DNA of 26,950 nt. Origin: Abditibacteriaceae bacterium (GTDB lineage: Bacteria > Armatimonadota > Abditibacteriia > Abditibacteriales > Abditibacteriaceae). The notes below the pieces were generated by a model, which did no database searches, was not told the DNA's origin, and was given only the letters and a program-made list of their open reading frames with translations. The stretch spans positions 1-26,950 of the forward strand of contig JANMKN010000189.1 in the NCBI GenBank assembly GCA_031372065.1, in the 5' to 3' direction. The position numbers and the translations under genes were made by a program. Positions 7,194-16,126 of this stretch are shown in pieces. Numbering within the stretch: position 1 is the stretch's first letter; each line of letters begins with the position of its first letter.

Positions 7194-9593
7194 TTAATTG
7201 AAGAAATTGCCGAATTCAATGTAGAAACGGCTCCGATATTTATCCCAGTTCACCGAAAACTCGCGGGCACCAATGAGACGGCCCAAGCTCACACCGTAAT
7301 TGAAGAATTTCGTGTCGTCAAATTTAGAATAATCACTGAAAAGTCCGGCCCGCCATTTGTTGGTGAAGTAATAATCCAACGTCGAATAACCAAATTGCGA
7401 GCCGTCGCTTAAGCTGTGCGACAATAAAAAGCTGGTGTAAACCTTACTGCCTATATTCATCTGCGCCGAGGCATTCAAGTAATTAGTAGAATTCGTAAAG
7501 AATCCGTTGCTATAGGGCGTGGTGTTGCCTTTGTCATAGGTATAATCAAGCCGAACCATCGCCTTTTTTCCGAGAAACTGCTGAAAACCCATGTTCAAAC
7601 CGGGCGAAACGCCGCGCTTGCCAGTGTTATAATTAAACGCTGTCGCCGAAACCGAAGCATCTAATGTGCCGCCTTTCCATAGTTTGTAAGTTGGCCCGAT
7701 TAGGTTGGCGCTCACGGTTTGTCCGATAAGTGCCCGCGATTGCAATGATGGTGTGCCATTGGCCAACACAGGATAGAATTTCTGCACTCCCACCAAAGTC
7801 GCGGTTACAGTAGACGACCAGCCCGAATTACCAATTTGCTTGGGGCGCAGGCGCGCATAAAAAGAACCTTGCGTGTTGGCCTGCCCCCCTTGTGGCTTAC
7901 CAAAAAAAGTTTGGAAACCGACATCAAATTTTTTGAATTCTTTGGCTAAGGCGCCGTTCAAATAAATGTCCTTATGACGTGGCATAGACGCATAAAGGGA
8001 GCCGCTCGTCGAGGCATTCAGACGAAAACGGTGATCTAAACGAGCATTCCAATCACCGTGACCGACTTCATCCAAGGCAAAACGCCCTTCACCACGATTT
8101 GACATCCAATATTCGTGATCCAACCCCAAAGACAGCCCCGGCTTGCCTGTCGAAAATCCGTTTCGTGGCGAATTCACCAAATAAACGGCGCCTGTGCCGC
8201 GCGGCGATGCCTGATAATAGTAAGGCACTTTCAGGCTGAGACCCGCATCGGTGTTGATGCCAACCATATTCGTCGCCGGATTAAAAGAACCATCCAGCGG
8301 GGCAACATAGAGGCGCATATAAAACAACTTGCGACCTCCATAAAAAATGTTAGCCTTGCCGAATTGCAACTTATCATTCGGAAACACGCGCACCCATTTT
8401 GAAACGACCCAATAACCTTTTTGGTTATCATATTCCGGCGGTTCAGGTTCGGCGATTCGCGTTTTAGGTGGGCTATCTGGTAATTTCTTATAGGCTGGTG
8501 GCGCTGTCGGCACGCTTGGCAAATCTTCATCGGGGCCAGAATTGTCGGGCTGACCTTCTTTCCCAGCCGTGCCATCGGACTTTAAACCCGATTTTTGGGG
8601 GACTTCTGCTACTAATCCGTTATTCGCTAATTTAACGCCTTCCTTGGCATCGGCAATGGTTTGTAAACGAGGTCGCGATGCTGCATCCAACGAAGCTGGG
8701 TGTAAGCTAAAGGTTCCTGTCGAATCCGCAGATTGAGATTCTTTGGCCTTTAACTGTGCAGTGGCAGCCGTTTCTCCTGCGTTTTGCGCCTCAAGCTGTG
8801 GCTCTGGCAAAACTTGCGCTATGGCTGGGGCGCTACTTGGTGGAGACGCCAAATTGCGGCCCAAAAATTCTTGGCGCGCCGGGCCTAATGACAAATCCGT
8901 GCGGCGTATAACTCCGCGTTTGCGACGCAAATCATAAAACAAGCGATCACCGCGAAGTTGCGGCGCGCGCGCTCCATCACCCTGCCGAATCAACACGTTA
9001 CTCACATTGCCTTCAGCCCAAACGTATTGGCCGCCTAAATCAATATCAAGTCGCGTATCGCTTTCGATGTGGGTATCGCCAAAATCAAATGAACACGGCC
9101 CGGAGGCTGTAACCAAATTCTTTTCCGCACCGTAGGAAACCGCCGCACCATTGATTTGCCAGAAGCGCGAAAGGCCTTGGCTATCATTGGAAAAATCTAC
9201 GGCAATTTGTTCGCGCGAGGCCCCGATAAACGCCGTAATAAGAGCCGTGCCGGGTGTCGCCGCTGATCGTAAAAGGACACGCGCCGTGCCATTAATAAGG
9301 CGCGCCGTTGGCTCGATGATACCAAGCGTAGTCGAAAACCGCACTACGGGCTGCGCAGAAATAGCGCCCTGCCCGCCATTTTGAACTTGCACGAAAATGG
9401 AGGTAGACGAAGTCCCGTTGGCCGGAATGAGATCAGGCTCGGCACGTAAGGTAAAGCGGAACTGCTGGGCATTCAACGCCGACACGGATGCCAGAAACGC
9501 CAAAAACATCCACCCAATGCACAAAACGCGCAAGGAATTGATTTCCCGGCGCGGTAAAAGGCAGTGGAAAGTCGCGATGCACTGGCGAAACAT
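7194..9593 (-). CDS. Exported protein with N-terminal Ig-like (invasin Big_1-type) domain and LptD-like/outer-membrane beta-barrel C-terminal region
   Basis: Signal-like segment ending ALNA-QQ; AEPDLIPANGTSSTSIFVQV...VRFSTTLG...GTARVLLRS...GTALITA resembles Big_1; WVVSKWVRVFPNDKLQFGKANIFYGGRKLFY resembles the LptD jellyroll end; the last ~350 aa are aromatic/Gly-rich amphipathic strands ending FYIEFGNFFN. The CDS is secure, the product name tentative. Confidence 0.7.
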   Translation of the reverse strand: MFRQCIATFHCLLPRREINSLRVLCIGWMFLAFLASVSALNAQQFRFTLRAEPDLIPANGTSSTSIFVQVQNGGQGAISAQPVVRFSTTLGIIEPTARLINGTARVLLRSAATPGTALITAFIGASREQIAVDFSNDSQGLSRFWQINGAAVSYGAEKNLVTASGPCSFDFGDTHIESDTRLDIDLGGQYVWAEGNVSNVLIRQGDGARAPQLRGDRLFYDLRRKRGVIRRTDLSLGPARQEFLGRNLASPPSSAPAIAQVLPEPQLEAQNAGETAATAQLKAKESQSADSTGTFSLHPASLDAASRPRLQTIADAKEGVKLANNGLVAEVPQKSGLKSDGTAGKEGQPDNSGPDEDLPSVPTAPPAYKKLPDSPPKTRIAEPEPPEYDNQKGYWVVSKWVRVFPNDKLQFGKANIFYGGRKLFYMRLYVAPLDGSFNPATNMVGINTDAGLSLKVPYYYQASPRGTGAVYLVNSPRNGFSTGKPGLSLGLDHEYWMSNRGEGRFALDEVGHGDWNARLDHRFRLNASTSGSLYASMPRHKDIYLNGALAKEFKKFDVGFQTFFGKPQGGQANTQGSFYARLRPKQIGNSGWSSTVTATLVGVQKFYPVLANGTPSLQSRALIGQTVSANLIGPTYKLWKGGTLDASVSATAFNYNTGKRGVSPGLNMGFQQFLGKKAMVRLDYTYDKGNTTPYSNGFFTNSTNYLNASAQMNIGSKVYTSFLLSHSLSDGSQFGYSTLDYYFTNKWRAGLFSDYSKFDDTKFFNYGVSLGRLIGAREFSVNWDKYRSRFYIEFGNFFN

Positions 9594-9608
9594 TCAGGTG
9601 TCCAATCG

Positions 9609-10574
9609 TTATGGATTGCGAGTTAATTGACCGCGCTCTAACGGATTAATAAAGATGGGCTTATCTTGTTCCGAAGGAGTTGCACCCGCCGCAGAAGCGG
9701 CGGGTGCATTAGATTTTGTGGGAGTCGAAGCGGGGGCTGTATTGGTTGTCGGCGGAGGCGCGACTGGTTTTGCGGGCACTGTCGGCATGGCAGGATTCGG
9801 TTGCACGGGGTCTTTGGTAACAGGCTTGCCTTTTCCACCCTTTTTCGGATCCATCTTCTCAATGGCGGGTGGTGGCTCCACGCGTGGCAAAACAGCTTCG
9901 GTAATGGGCTTTACAAATTCGGCGGACACCATGCGAAAGGCATTCGTAGCCGCGTTGATTACCGTATCGAACTGTGAAACTCGATACGGTTCAGGGTCGG
10001 AGGTAAACACTTTGGTTTGATCCGCTTCTTGCGAATTGAGAGGATATAATTTGCCTAAAACCTGCACCTGAATGGAGGGCGCTTTTTCCGAGCCACTGGC
10101 CCGCACTTCCTCAAGGCGAAATTCGGCAATCATAGGAGTCAACTCAAATCCCAAATTCCCCAAGATGGAACTGGCCGATTGCAGGCTGGGATTAGTGACC
10201 AAATCTTCGACTTGATCCTTAGCAATACGCTTGTCCAGCAAAGCGCGTTGTAAAATGGGGTCAAAGCGATATGGCTGCACCACGGAAAACTTTCCAGTGT
10301 TTTCCAGTGCTTTTCTTAATTGCGCTTCGCAAGGGCGCAGCAAAGTTTGCCCCCAACGGACATCCGCATTCCAGTTATCACTCAGTTGCAAGGGCAACAG
10401 CATCACGAGGCGTCGCCCCGGCCAAACCTCACGACCGGAAATGAACGAAGAATCTGCCGCTTGAACAACGCCAAGCGAAGTCCCCACAGTCAGCAAAGCC
10501 AACAAAAAACCAGTGAGTGCTTTTAGTGAGGCCGAATGATTTATGCGAATTTTCATGGTTTTTGTTTCCACCAT
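9609..10574 (-). CDS. Exported protein, possible CsgG/TolB-N-like alpha/beta domain with Pro/Ala/Thr-rich tail
   Basis: Signal peptide ending VVQA-AD; LVMLLPL...AQLRKALENTGKFSVVQ pattern. Alternative start at ATG 10556. Confidence 0.7.
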   Translation of the reverse strand: MVETKTMKIRINHSASLKALTGFLLALLTVGTSLGVVQAADSSFISGREVWPGRRLVMLLPLQLSDNWNADVRWGQTLLRPCEAQLRKALENTGKFSVVQPYRFDPILQRALLDKRIAKDQVEDLVTNPSLQSASSILGNLGFELTPMIAEFRLEEVRASGSEKAPSIQVQVLGKLYPLNSQEADQTKVFTSDPEPYRVSQFDTVINAATNAFRMVSAEFVKPITEAVLPRVEPPPAIEKMDPKKGGKGKPVTKDPVQPNPAMPTVPAKPVAPPPTTNTAPASTPTKSNAPAASAAGATPSEQDKPIFINPLERGQLTRNP

Positions 10575-10587
10575 TACCTTTATGTAA

Positions 10588-10624
10588 ATTCCCTGCCCGA
10601 CGCTAAAAGTGCCGGGCAGGGAAT
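10588..10624 (-). terminator. Intercistronic stem-loop (partial terminator or mRNA stabiliser)
   Basis: 12-bp perfect IR ATTCCCTGCCCG / CGGGCAGGGAAT just after the stop at 10629; only a short U tract on the minus strand. Confidence 0.6.
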
Positions 10625-10628
10625 AAGT

Positions 10629-12758
10629 TTATCGAACAAAACGGTTTTGCCAACGGGAACGCACTGTGCCGCGTCCTGGAGGCGCTGTAGGCAGCACAAT
10701 GCCGTTAGAAGCCGTTTTTCCGCTCTTTTTCTTGACCGTAGTAGTGGCCTTGGTCGCCGCATTTCCACGAAAGACGGAAGCCGCAGAGTTTATAAAATTG
10801 AATCGGTCACTAAAGATCGTTTGCGGAATTTGATCAGTGGGATTGGTTACGCCGACCCGCAGATAGACAGGTTCTGCCGGATCAATACCCGATGGCAGAA
10901 TGATGTTGCCAAAGTTGAACGTCAGATCACCATTAGCCGACGGCTGTTGCACAGCTTGCTGAACCGAGAACACAGCCAACGCGCGTTGAGCGGCGGTCAA
11001 ACTGTTTCCGAAGTCCAACAGATTACTAAATTCAAACTTGAAGCGGATACCATCATCCACATAGCGGTTGACACGCACAGTGGCAGGATTGGTAGCGTTG
11101 ATGGGCGGCGTGTTAGGCACATCTATTACACCGGCCAGCGTCACAAACACATTGGTGTCGAAATTCCCGCCGGCATTGGTGATGGTTGGCTTAACCAACG
11201 CTGTGGCTCCACCACTGGCACTGGAGGCATCCGACAACACCAATTCATATTCAGTCGTCAAAGTTGTGCCCGTCGTGAATTGGCGGCGATTGACTGTTAC
11301 GCGCCTGACACGATAAAAATATTGGACGCCGGGTTGCAATGGCTCTTGTGTGAAATTGGTGTCAATGTTATCTGTCGCAAATGACGTTGTGCTGGAGGGA
11401 ACGCCTGTTTCTGGCACACTACTGTTTGCTGTGATGTTGGCCTGCGGACAGGGATCGGTGGCATTGGTGGTAGCGGGAGCATCAATAGTGACATCACGTT
11501 CGGTGAAGAAAGTCGTATCGTCAATGTATTGAGATGCTCCACCAGATTGAAAGTCATAAGGGTCAGAACTGATTACCGCAGCTTCAGGTGACAGGCCACG
11601 ATAAATATAATAGCCAGTGATGCAAGCCGAGGGCACAAAAAGATGCGGCGCTCCCCGGCTATAATTCAAGCTAATAGTAGGCGAAGTCGTAGTCGACGAC
11701 GAGCGAGCTATCAGACCTGTAGGAGCATCGGAGGAAGAGCCTCCCCCTAAACTAAAGAGTGCGGCCAAAACTAACAAAGCAGCCACTCCTCCTAATTTGC
11801 TTGTAGCGCTCTTGCCTTTTCCGCGTCCGCCTCCGCCAACGGTTGATACCGGTGACGACGGGCTTGCAGTGCCATCGGGACTTACGGGGTAAGACGCGGG
11901 CACAAAAATCTGCCGCACTTTGTCTTCTGTGCGCACGCCAGCGGGGTTTTCACCAACAACACGCGCAACGGACTGATCCATCTCAACTTTAGTGATTTCA
12001 ACTTCGCCGATTTTGATGCGCTCAACGCGATCTTTCGACTTGTTGTAAATATCGCGAAGCACAGAATAGCGTTGTCCAACCGCCGCCCCAATACGAGCAC
12101 CGACGCTTAATTCCACATCGTTCACAGTGGTATTGAGAACCGTTCCCGAAGGCGGAAGCGAACGCTTGAGTTTGAGAACAGATGTAGCCGACGCTTTATT
12201 CAACGCTTGGTCAATAAGAACCTCAGAACTTACATCGGCTAATTCTGAGGTGCTTTCGGAAACCGTGGTTCCGTTGACATAGTCGGTGGTGAGCGTTTCC
12301 AGTTTGCGCACTTCCAAAGTAACGCGCGCTGCCCGCCGATTGATAACTTCCGCCGTAGTCACACGACCAGAGAAGACCACGCTGGCACTCGCGGCCTGAG
12401 CCAACCGTCCCTGTGTAGCTGGCGTATAGGGAGGGGCTAAGCCCGGCAGAGTGGCAACCTTTTCCTCAACCAGTTGGCGGGGCACGATTTCGTAATCGCC
12501 CGATTTTTGCAGTTCAACCGCCAAAGCATCAGCCGCTTTGCGCCCGTAAATCGAGTCAATTCCGGGCGCTGTAGAGAAATCCAAGACGATGGCAGGTTGG
12601 ATTGTAAGCTGTGCCCGCGCCGGATTGGGTGTCCCCAATATCCCGACGAGCAACAGCAGCATGGACAGCAGGCTCCCAAACGCGGCAAAACCGCCAGAAC
12701 ATACAAAGCGTCCGGCGGCATTTCGGGTGGAGCGAAAGAAGAAAAGTGTTTTCGACAT
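10629..12758 (-). CDS. Exported multidomain protein: CsgG/FlgT-N-like + FlgT C-terminal-like + hydrophobic helix + Thr-rich fibronectin III-like region
   Basis: Start placed at MSKTLFF (12758) because a promoter lies at 12855-12884, inside the track's extension. Signal ends PARA-Q; AIVLDFS...AADALAVELQKSGDYEIVPR; GTVLNTTVNDVELSVGARIGAAVGQRYSV...IGEVEITKVEMDQSVARV; LGGVAALLVLAALFSLGGG; APTGLIA...ITGYYIYR...YIDDT...LQPGVQYFYRV. Confidence 0.78.
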   Translation of the reverse strand: MSKTLFFFRSTRNAAGRFVCSGGFAAFGSLLSMLLLLVGILGTPNPARAQLTIQPAIVLDFSTAPGIDSIYGRKAADALAVELQKSGDYEIVPRQLVEEKVATLPGLAPPYTPATQGRLAQAASASVVFSGRVTTAEVINRRAARVTLEVRKLETLTTDYVNGTTVSESTSELADVSSEVLIDQALNKASATSVLKLKRSLPPSGTVLNTTVNDVELSVGARIGAAVGQRYSVLRDIYNKSKDRVERIKIGEVEITKVEMDQSVARVVGENPAGVRTEDKVRQIFVPASYPVSPDGTASPSSPVSTVGGGGRGKGKSATSKLGGVAALLVLAALFSLGGGSSSDAPTGLIARSSSTTTSPTISLNYSRGAPHLFVPSACITGYYIYRGLSPEAAVISSDPYDFQSGGASQYIDDTTFFTERDVTIDAPATTNATDPCPQANITANSSVPETGVPSSTTSFATDNIDTNFTQEPLQPGVQYFYRVRRVTVNRRQFTTGTTLTTEYELVLSDASSASGGATALVKPTITNAGGNFDTNVFVTLAGVIDVPNTPPINATNPATVRVNRYVDDGIRFKFEFSNLLDFGNSLTAAQRALAVFSVQQAVQQPSANGDLTFNFGNIILPSGIDPAEPVYLRVGVTNPTDQIPQTIFSDRFNFINSAASVFRGNAATKATTTVKKKSGKTASNGIVLPTAPPGRGTVRSRWQNRFVR

Positions 12759-12854
12759 GGTTCTCAATGAGGGATAGCGACTGCGTTTGGCGTTTGAAAA
12801 ACGGCCAGACAAATAGGTGTCCCCTTTCGGATTTCTGGCAAAGCGAGTGAGGCT

Positions 12855-12884
12855 ATTGTAAGAGAAAAAACGCCCCTTTGTCAA
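12855..12884 (-). promoter_or_regulatory. Near-consensus sigma70 promoter for the 12758-7194 operon
   Basis: Minus strand TTGACA(12884-12879)-N18-TACAAT(12860-12855). Confidence 0.75.
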
Positions 12885-13052
12885 GGCAATAAGCAAATCC
12901 ATCCACATTTCTTGCCGCGATTTTCGCGCTTTTTGCCAAATCGCCACAATTTGCGTCCTCAAAGCCACTAAACTCTGACTCAGTTTGGCGATGCCAGATT
13001 TCGCTTTGACCTTCCCATACAGGAATAATGTTCCACACATTTTCTCACTAAA

Positions 13053-13691
13053 ATGCAATTGGCGCCACCCACAAATTCTTATGTCAAAGTCGCTTCGGAA
13101 AAAGAGCGTTGGGAAGCGACTTTTGCGGGCGTTGAGTATTTTTATGGGCATGATCCCGGCCCGCTGGCACGTCGCGTTGTGAAATATCACCAAGCATTCT
13201 CCGAGCAGGCGGGCTACGCTTTAGATGCTGGATGCGGCGAAGGCCAAGATTTGGTCTTTTTAGCGCAGAATGGCTACGATGCCACAGGAATCGAATTTAC
13301 GACACATGGCGTCGAAAAAACACGCAAATTGCTGCACGCTACCCAGCAAAACGCGAATGTGGAGCAAGGAAATCTGACAGATTGCCCTTTAGAATTTTAC
13401 GATGTAGTTCTGGCCGTGAATTGTTTGCAATTCTTGGGAGAAAAGGCAGATTCCGCGCTTTTCCGGCTCATGGCAGCAGTAAAACCAAATGGTTTCATGG
13501 GCCTCAGTTTGTTCGCTCGCGAAGCAAATCAACCTGAAATTGCCGGCACCATTTGGCGAATTTCTTTTGCGGACTTGCTGGGCCGCTTTGCCGACTGGCA
13601 ACCAATTGAAGCCGCTAATCTTTGGCAGTGGAATATCCAAACCAATCAGCCACAGGCCTTTGTAACCTTGATTGCGCGTCGCACAAAGTGA
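13053..13691 (+). CDS. Class I SAM-dependent methyltransferase (TehB-like)
   Basis: ALDAGCGEGQD motif I; GYDATGIE; YDVVLAVNCLQF; VKPNG. Confidence 0.9.
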   Translation: MQLAPPTNSYVKVASEKERWEATFAGVEYFYGHDPGPLARRVVKYHQAFSEQAGYALDAGCGEGQDLVFLAQNGYDATGIEFTTHGVEKTRKLLHATQQNANVEQGNLTDCPLEFYDVVLAVNCLQFLGEKADSALFRLMAAVKPNGFMGLSLFAREANQPEIAGTIWRISFADLLGRFADWQPIEAANLWQWNIQTNQPQAFVTLIARRTK

Positions 13692-13695
13692 AAAA

Positions 13696-14988
13696 ATGAA
13701 GAAAAATCTGCTTTTTATGCCCGTTATCGTTGCTTCGTGGCTGGGATTAGCCACAAATCTGGTGGACGCAGAAGATAAAATCGCCGCTGCGTCGTCAGCA
13801 CAAAAACAAGTGTCTCCTTCGTTGATGACGGCCTCCGAAGCGCAAAAATTGGCTGATAGTGTGTTGCGCGAAACCAGCGTCGTGCGAGGATTGAACACAA
13901 AAAAAATGGTGCCCTGCACCATCCAATCTCCCGATGCGACGCAAGCCATGTTGCAGGACAGCATGAGGGACAATATTTCGTCCAATGAAGTCACAGCCAT
14001 GACGATTTACCTCAAACAATTGACACTGGCGCCGCCGGGTTTTGATCTGCCCAAATACTATTTGAAAATGATGGACGAGCAACTCGCGGGCTATTACGAT
14101 CCGAAAACAGACAAATTCTATGCGACTTCGCGGGTAGATAGGTTGCAATTGCAAACTGTCATGGCCCATGAATTAACGCACGCCCTGCAAGATCAGCATT
14201 TTGATTTATCGCGCTTGGACAAGTGGCCCAAGCACGAATCCGATTCCCGACTGGCGCTTCAATCTTTGGTCGAAGGCGACGCGACTTTGGCTATGATGCA
14301 ATACACAGCGCGAAATCCGTTCCGTTCTGTGGCCTTGTTAGCCTCTACGTTATTCGCTGGCGATTCTTCAAAGACCTTTCAAGCGGCGCCTATGGTATTA
14401 CAAGACAGCCTGACTTTTCCCTATACCAACGGCATGAGTTTCGTATCGGCGCTCCATCGAAAAGGCGGCTGGCCAGCAGTAAACAAGGCTTTCAAACAAT
14501 CGCCGGTTTCCACCGAGCAAATCTTGCATCCAGAAAAGTTTTTGTCACAGGAAAAGCCTGTTTCTGTTGCCTTTCGCGACCTCACCAAGCAACTCGGACA
14601 GGGTTGGAAACTGCTTGACCACGATGTAAATGGAGAATTTGGGCTGTATTTAACTCTAAAATCCGGCCTCAATAACCAAAGCGAAGCCTATACTGCCGCT
14701 GAAGGCTGGGCTGGTGATCGTTATGCGGTTTACCAAGGCCCAAACGGAGCAAATTTAATAACGCAAGTCACACTTTGGGATAGCGAACCCGATGCTCATC
14801 AATTCGCTGATGCCTACAGCCGTTTTGCCGCGAAGCGCACCAAAATAAAGCCTACAGCGAAAAACGGCGCTCAACTCTGGCTTTCGCAAAATTCCAACAT
14901 CTGGCTCCAACGACGCGGCAAAAAAGTTATTATTCTCGAAAGTGCCCTACTCAATCGCGACCCGGCACTCCTCGCCAGAAATCTTTAA
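13696..14988 (+). CDS. Exported HExxH zinc-metallopeptidase-like protein (Hvo_1808/DUF6782-like)
   Basis: Signal peptide from MKKNLL (ATG 13696, 4 nt after the upstream stop); LAGYYDP, AHELTHALQDQHF, LVEGDAT, FPY..G..FV, PVSTEQILHPEKF, AAEGWAGDRY. Confidence 0.82.
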   Translation: MKKNLLFMPVIVASWLGLATNLVDAEDKIAAASSAQKQVSPSLMTASEAQKLADSVLRETSVVRGLNTKKMVPCTIQSPDATQAMLQDSMRDNISSNEVTAMTIYLKQLTLAPPGFDLPKYYLKMMDEQLAGYYDPKTDKFYATSRVDRLQLQTVMAHELTHALQDQHFDLSRLDKWPKHESDSRLALQSLVEGDATLAMMQYTARNPFRSVALLASTLFAGDSSKTFQAAPMVLQDSLTFPYTNGMSFVSALHRKGGWPAVNKAFKQSPVSTEQILHPEKFLSQEKPVSVAFRDLTKQLGQGWKLLDHDVNGEFGLYLTLKSGLNNQSEAYTAAEGWAGDRYAVYQGPNGANLITQVTLWDSEPDAHQFADAYSRFAAKRTKIKPTAKNGAQLWLSQNSNIWLQRRGKKVIILESALLNRDPALLARNL

Positions 14989-15167
14989 AATAAGCCAAAA
15001 ATATTTGCATTTCATAGCTCGTTTTCCGTTTAATATGATTATTGCAAATGATTGTGACAGGTTAAATCTACATAACCCAAAACACTTGCTACCTATCTAC
15101 TGGAAAGTGGCTTGTCGGCTTACCCCCATCCAACTTCCCCAATTGGACGGGTCTCAACATGATGTAT

Positions 15168-15341
15168 TTAGGTGTTTTGAAATGCCATGACTACCACTGC
15201 CACAGCGCCAAAAAGAAAAATTGCGGTCAAAGCGACTCCCAAAAATGCCATCATCGGCGAGTTTTTTGGCTCTTGCGTCGAATTTAAATCGGGTGTTGAA
15301 CGTGCGACGGTTTCGCGTTTTTCGGAAACGATTTTTGCCAT
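15168..15341 (-). CDS. Small 57-aa protein with a C-terminal transmembrane helix (not in the ORF track)
   Basis: MAKIVSEKRETVARSTPDLNSTQEPKNSPMMAFLGVALTAIFLFGAVAVVVMAFQNT*; ATG 20 nt downstream of the 15362 stop on the same strand, with TGGAC upstream. Confidence 0.65.
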   Translation of the reverse strand: MAKIVSEKRETVARSTPDLNSTQEPKNSPMMAFLGVALTAIFLFGAVAVVVMAFQNT

Positions 15342-15361
15342 GATTTAAGTCCAGTCTGAAT

Positions 15362-16117
15362 TTATTGCTTGCCCCACGCCCAAGTGGTTTGTCGACCCGC
15401 CAAGAGGCGCCGTGAACTGTTGATGGTCTCCAATCCAGCGGAGCCTGCCTGATAATAATACAAACCGGGCTTGATTTGCAAGGAGATTTTAGCATTGCGC
15501 CCGATTTCGATGCGTCGCTTTTGCGGCCCTGTCAAGCGCAAACTCAGAGCGCGCCCTACTCGATTGGAGATCGTTACACGCGCCGCATCGCCGCCTTGAT
15601 AAGGCGCGTCGTAATTCGACGCAAAAACCGCTTGCCGCCCGCCTTCTTTGATGCCTTGGGGCACGAAATTGCTATCAGAAACCAATTCGCCACCCAAAAT
15701 CTCCACCAGAAACTTCGCAGGCAAAAAAACCGTGTTGAGGCGTTTTTCGGCGGCAAGCGACAGATTTACCACACGACTGGAGCCGCCGTCCCAAATTTGC
15801 GCGCTTTTGCCTCCCATGCGCATCGAAATCGTGCGCGCCATGTTCGGCTCGTCGAAGGTTTTCACGATGGTCAAAAGCCCATCTTGAAACGTAATTTTCG
15901 CCTTCAGAAATTCGCAAACCTGCCGCGCGGGCGCCATTGAGGTGCCTGAGTCTACATAAGGCAGACCATCGCAAATTAAGCGCTCAGGCGCATTAATGGA
16001 TGATTTTTCAGCCACGAGCGGCGCTGAGGGCAAATCCAGGACAACTTCATCGGCTTGCAGAGGCGAAAAAGGCAAAAGAAGGCATAAAACAGCCGGAAAC
16101 AAGACTTTCATGAGCAT
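15362..16117 (-). CDS. Exported protein with copper amine oxidase N-terminal (stalk)-like domain
   Basis: Signal peptide ending LQA-DE; PYVDSGTSMAPARQVCEFLKAKITF...ISMRMGGKSAQI...NTVFLPAKFLVEILGGEL has the two-repeat pattern of this domain. Start could be 16111, 16117 or 16120. Confidence 0.78.
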   Translation of the reverse strand: MLMKVLFPAVLCLLLPFSPLQADEVVLDLPSAPLVAEKSSINAPERLICDGLPYVDSGTSMAPARQVCEFLKAKITFQDGLLTIVKTFDEPNMARTISMRMGGKSAQIWDGGSSRVVNLSLAAEKRLNTVFLPAKFLVEILGGELVSDSNFVPQGIKEGGRQAVFASNYDAPYQGGDAARVTISNRVGRALSLRLTGPQKRRIEIGRNAKISLQIKPGLYYYQAGSAGLETINSSRRLLAGRQTTWAWGKQ

Positions 16118-16126
16118 CAAGCAGGA

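Noticed and set aside
12759..13193. 145-aa N-terminal extension of the 854-aa ORF
   Set aside because: It overlaps the divergent methyltransferase gene and contains a consensus promoter; the signal peptide follows MSKTLFF.
14942..15495. Track ORFs 14942-15190 (+) and 15154-15495 (-)
   Set aside because: Both overlap better-supported genes and lack protein-like features; the 57-aa frame explains 15168-15341 better.
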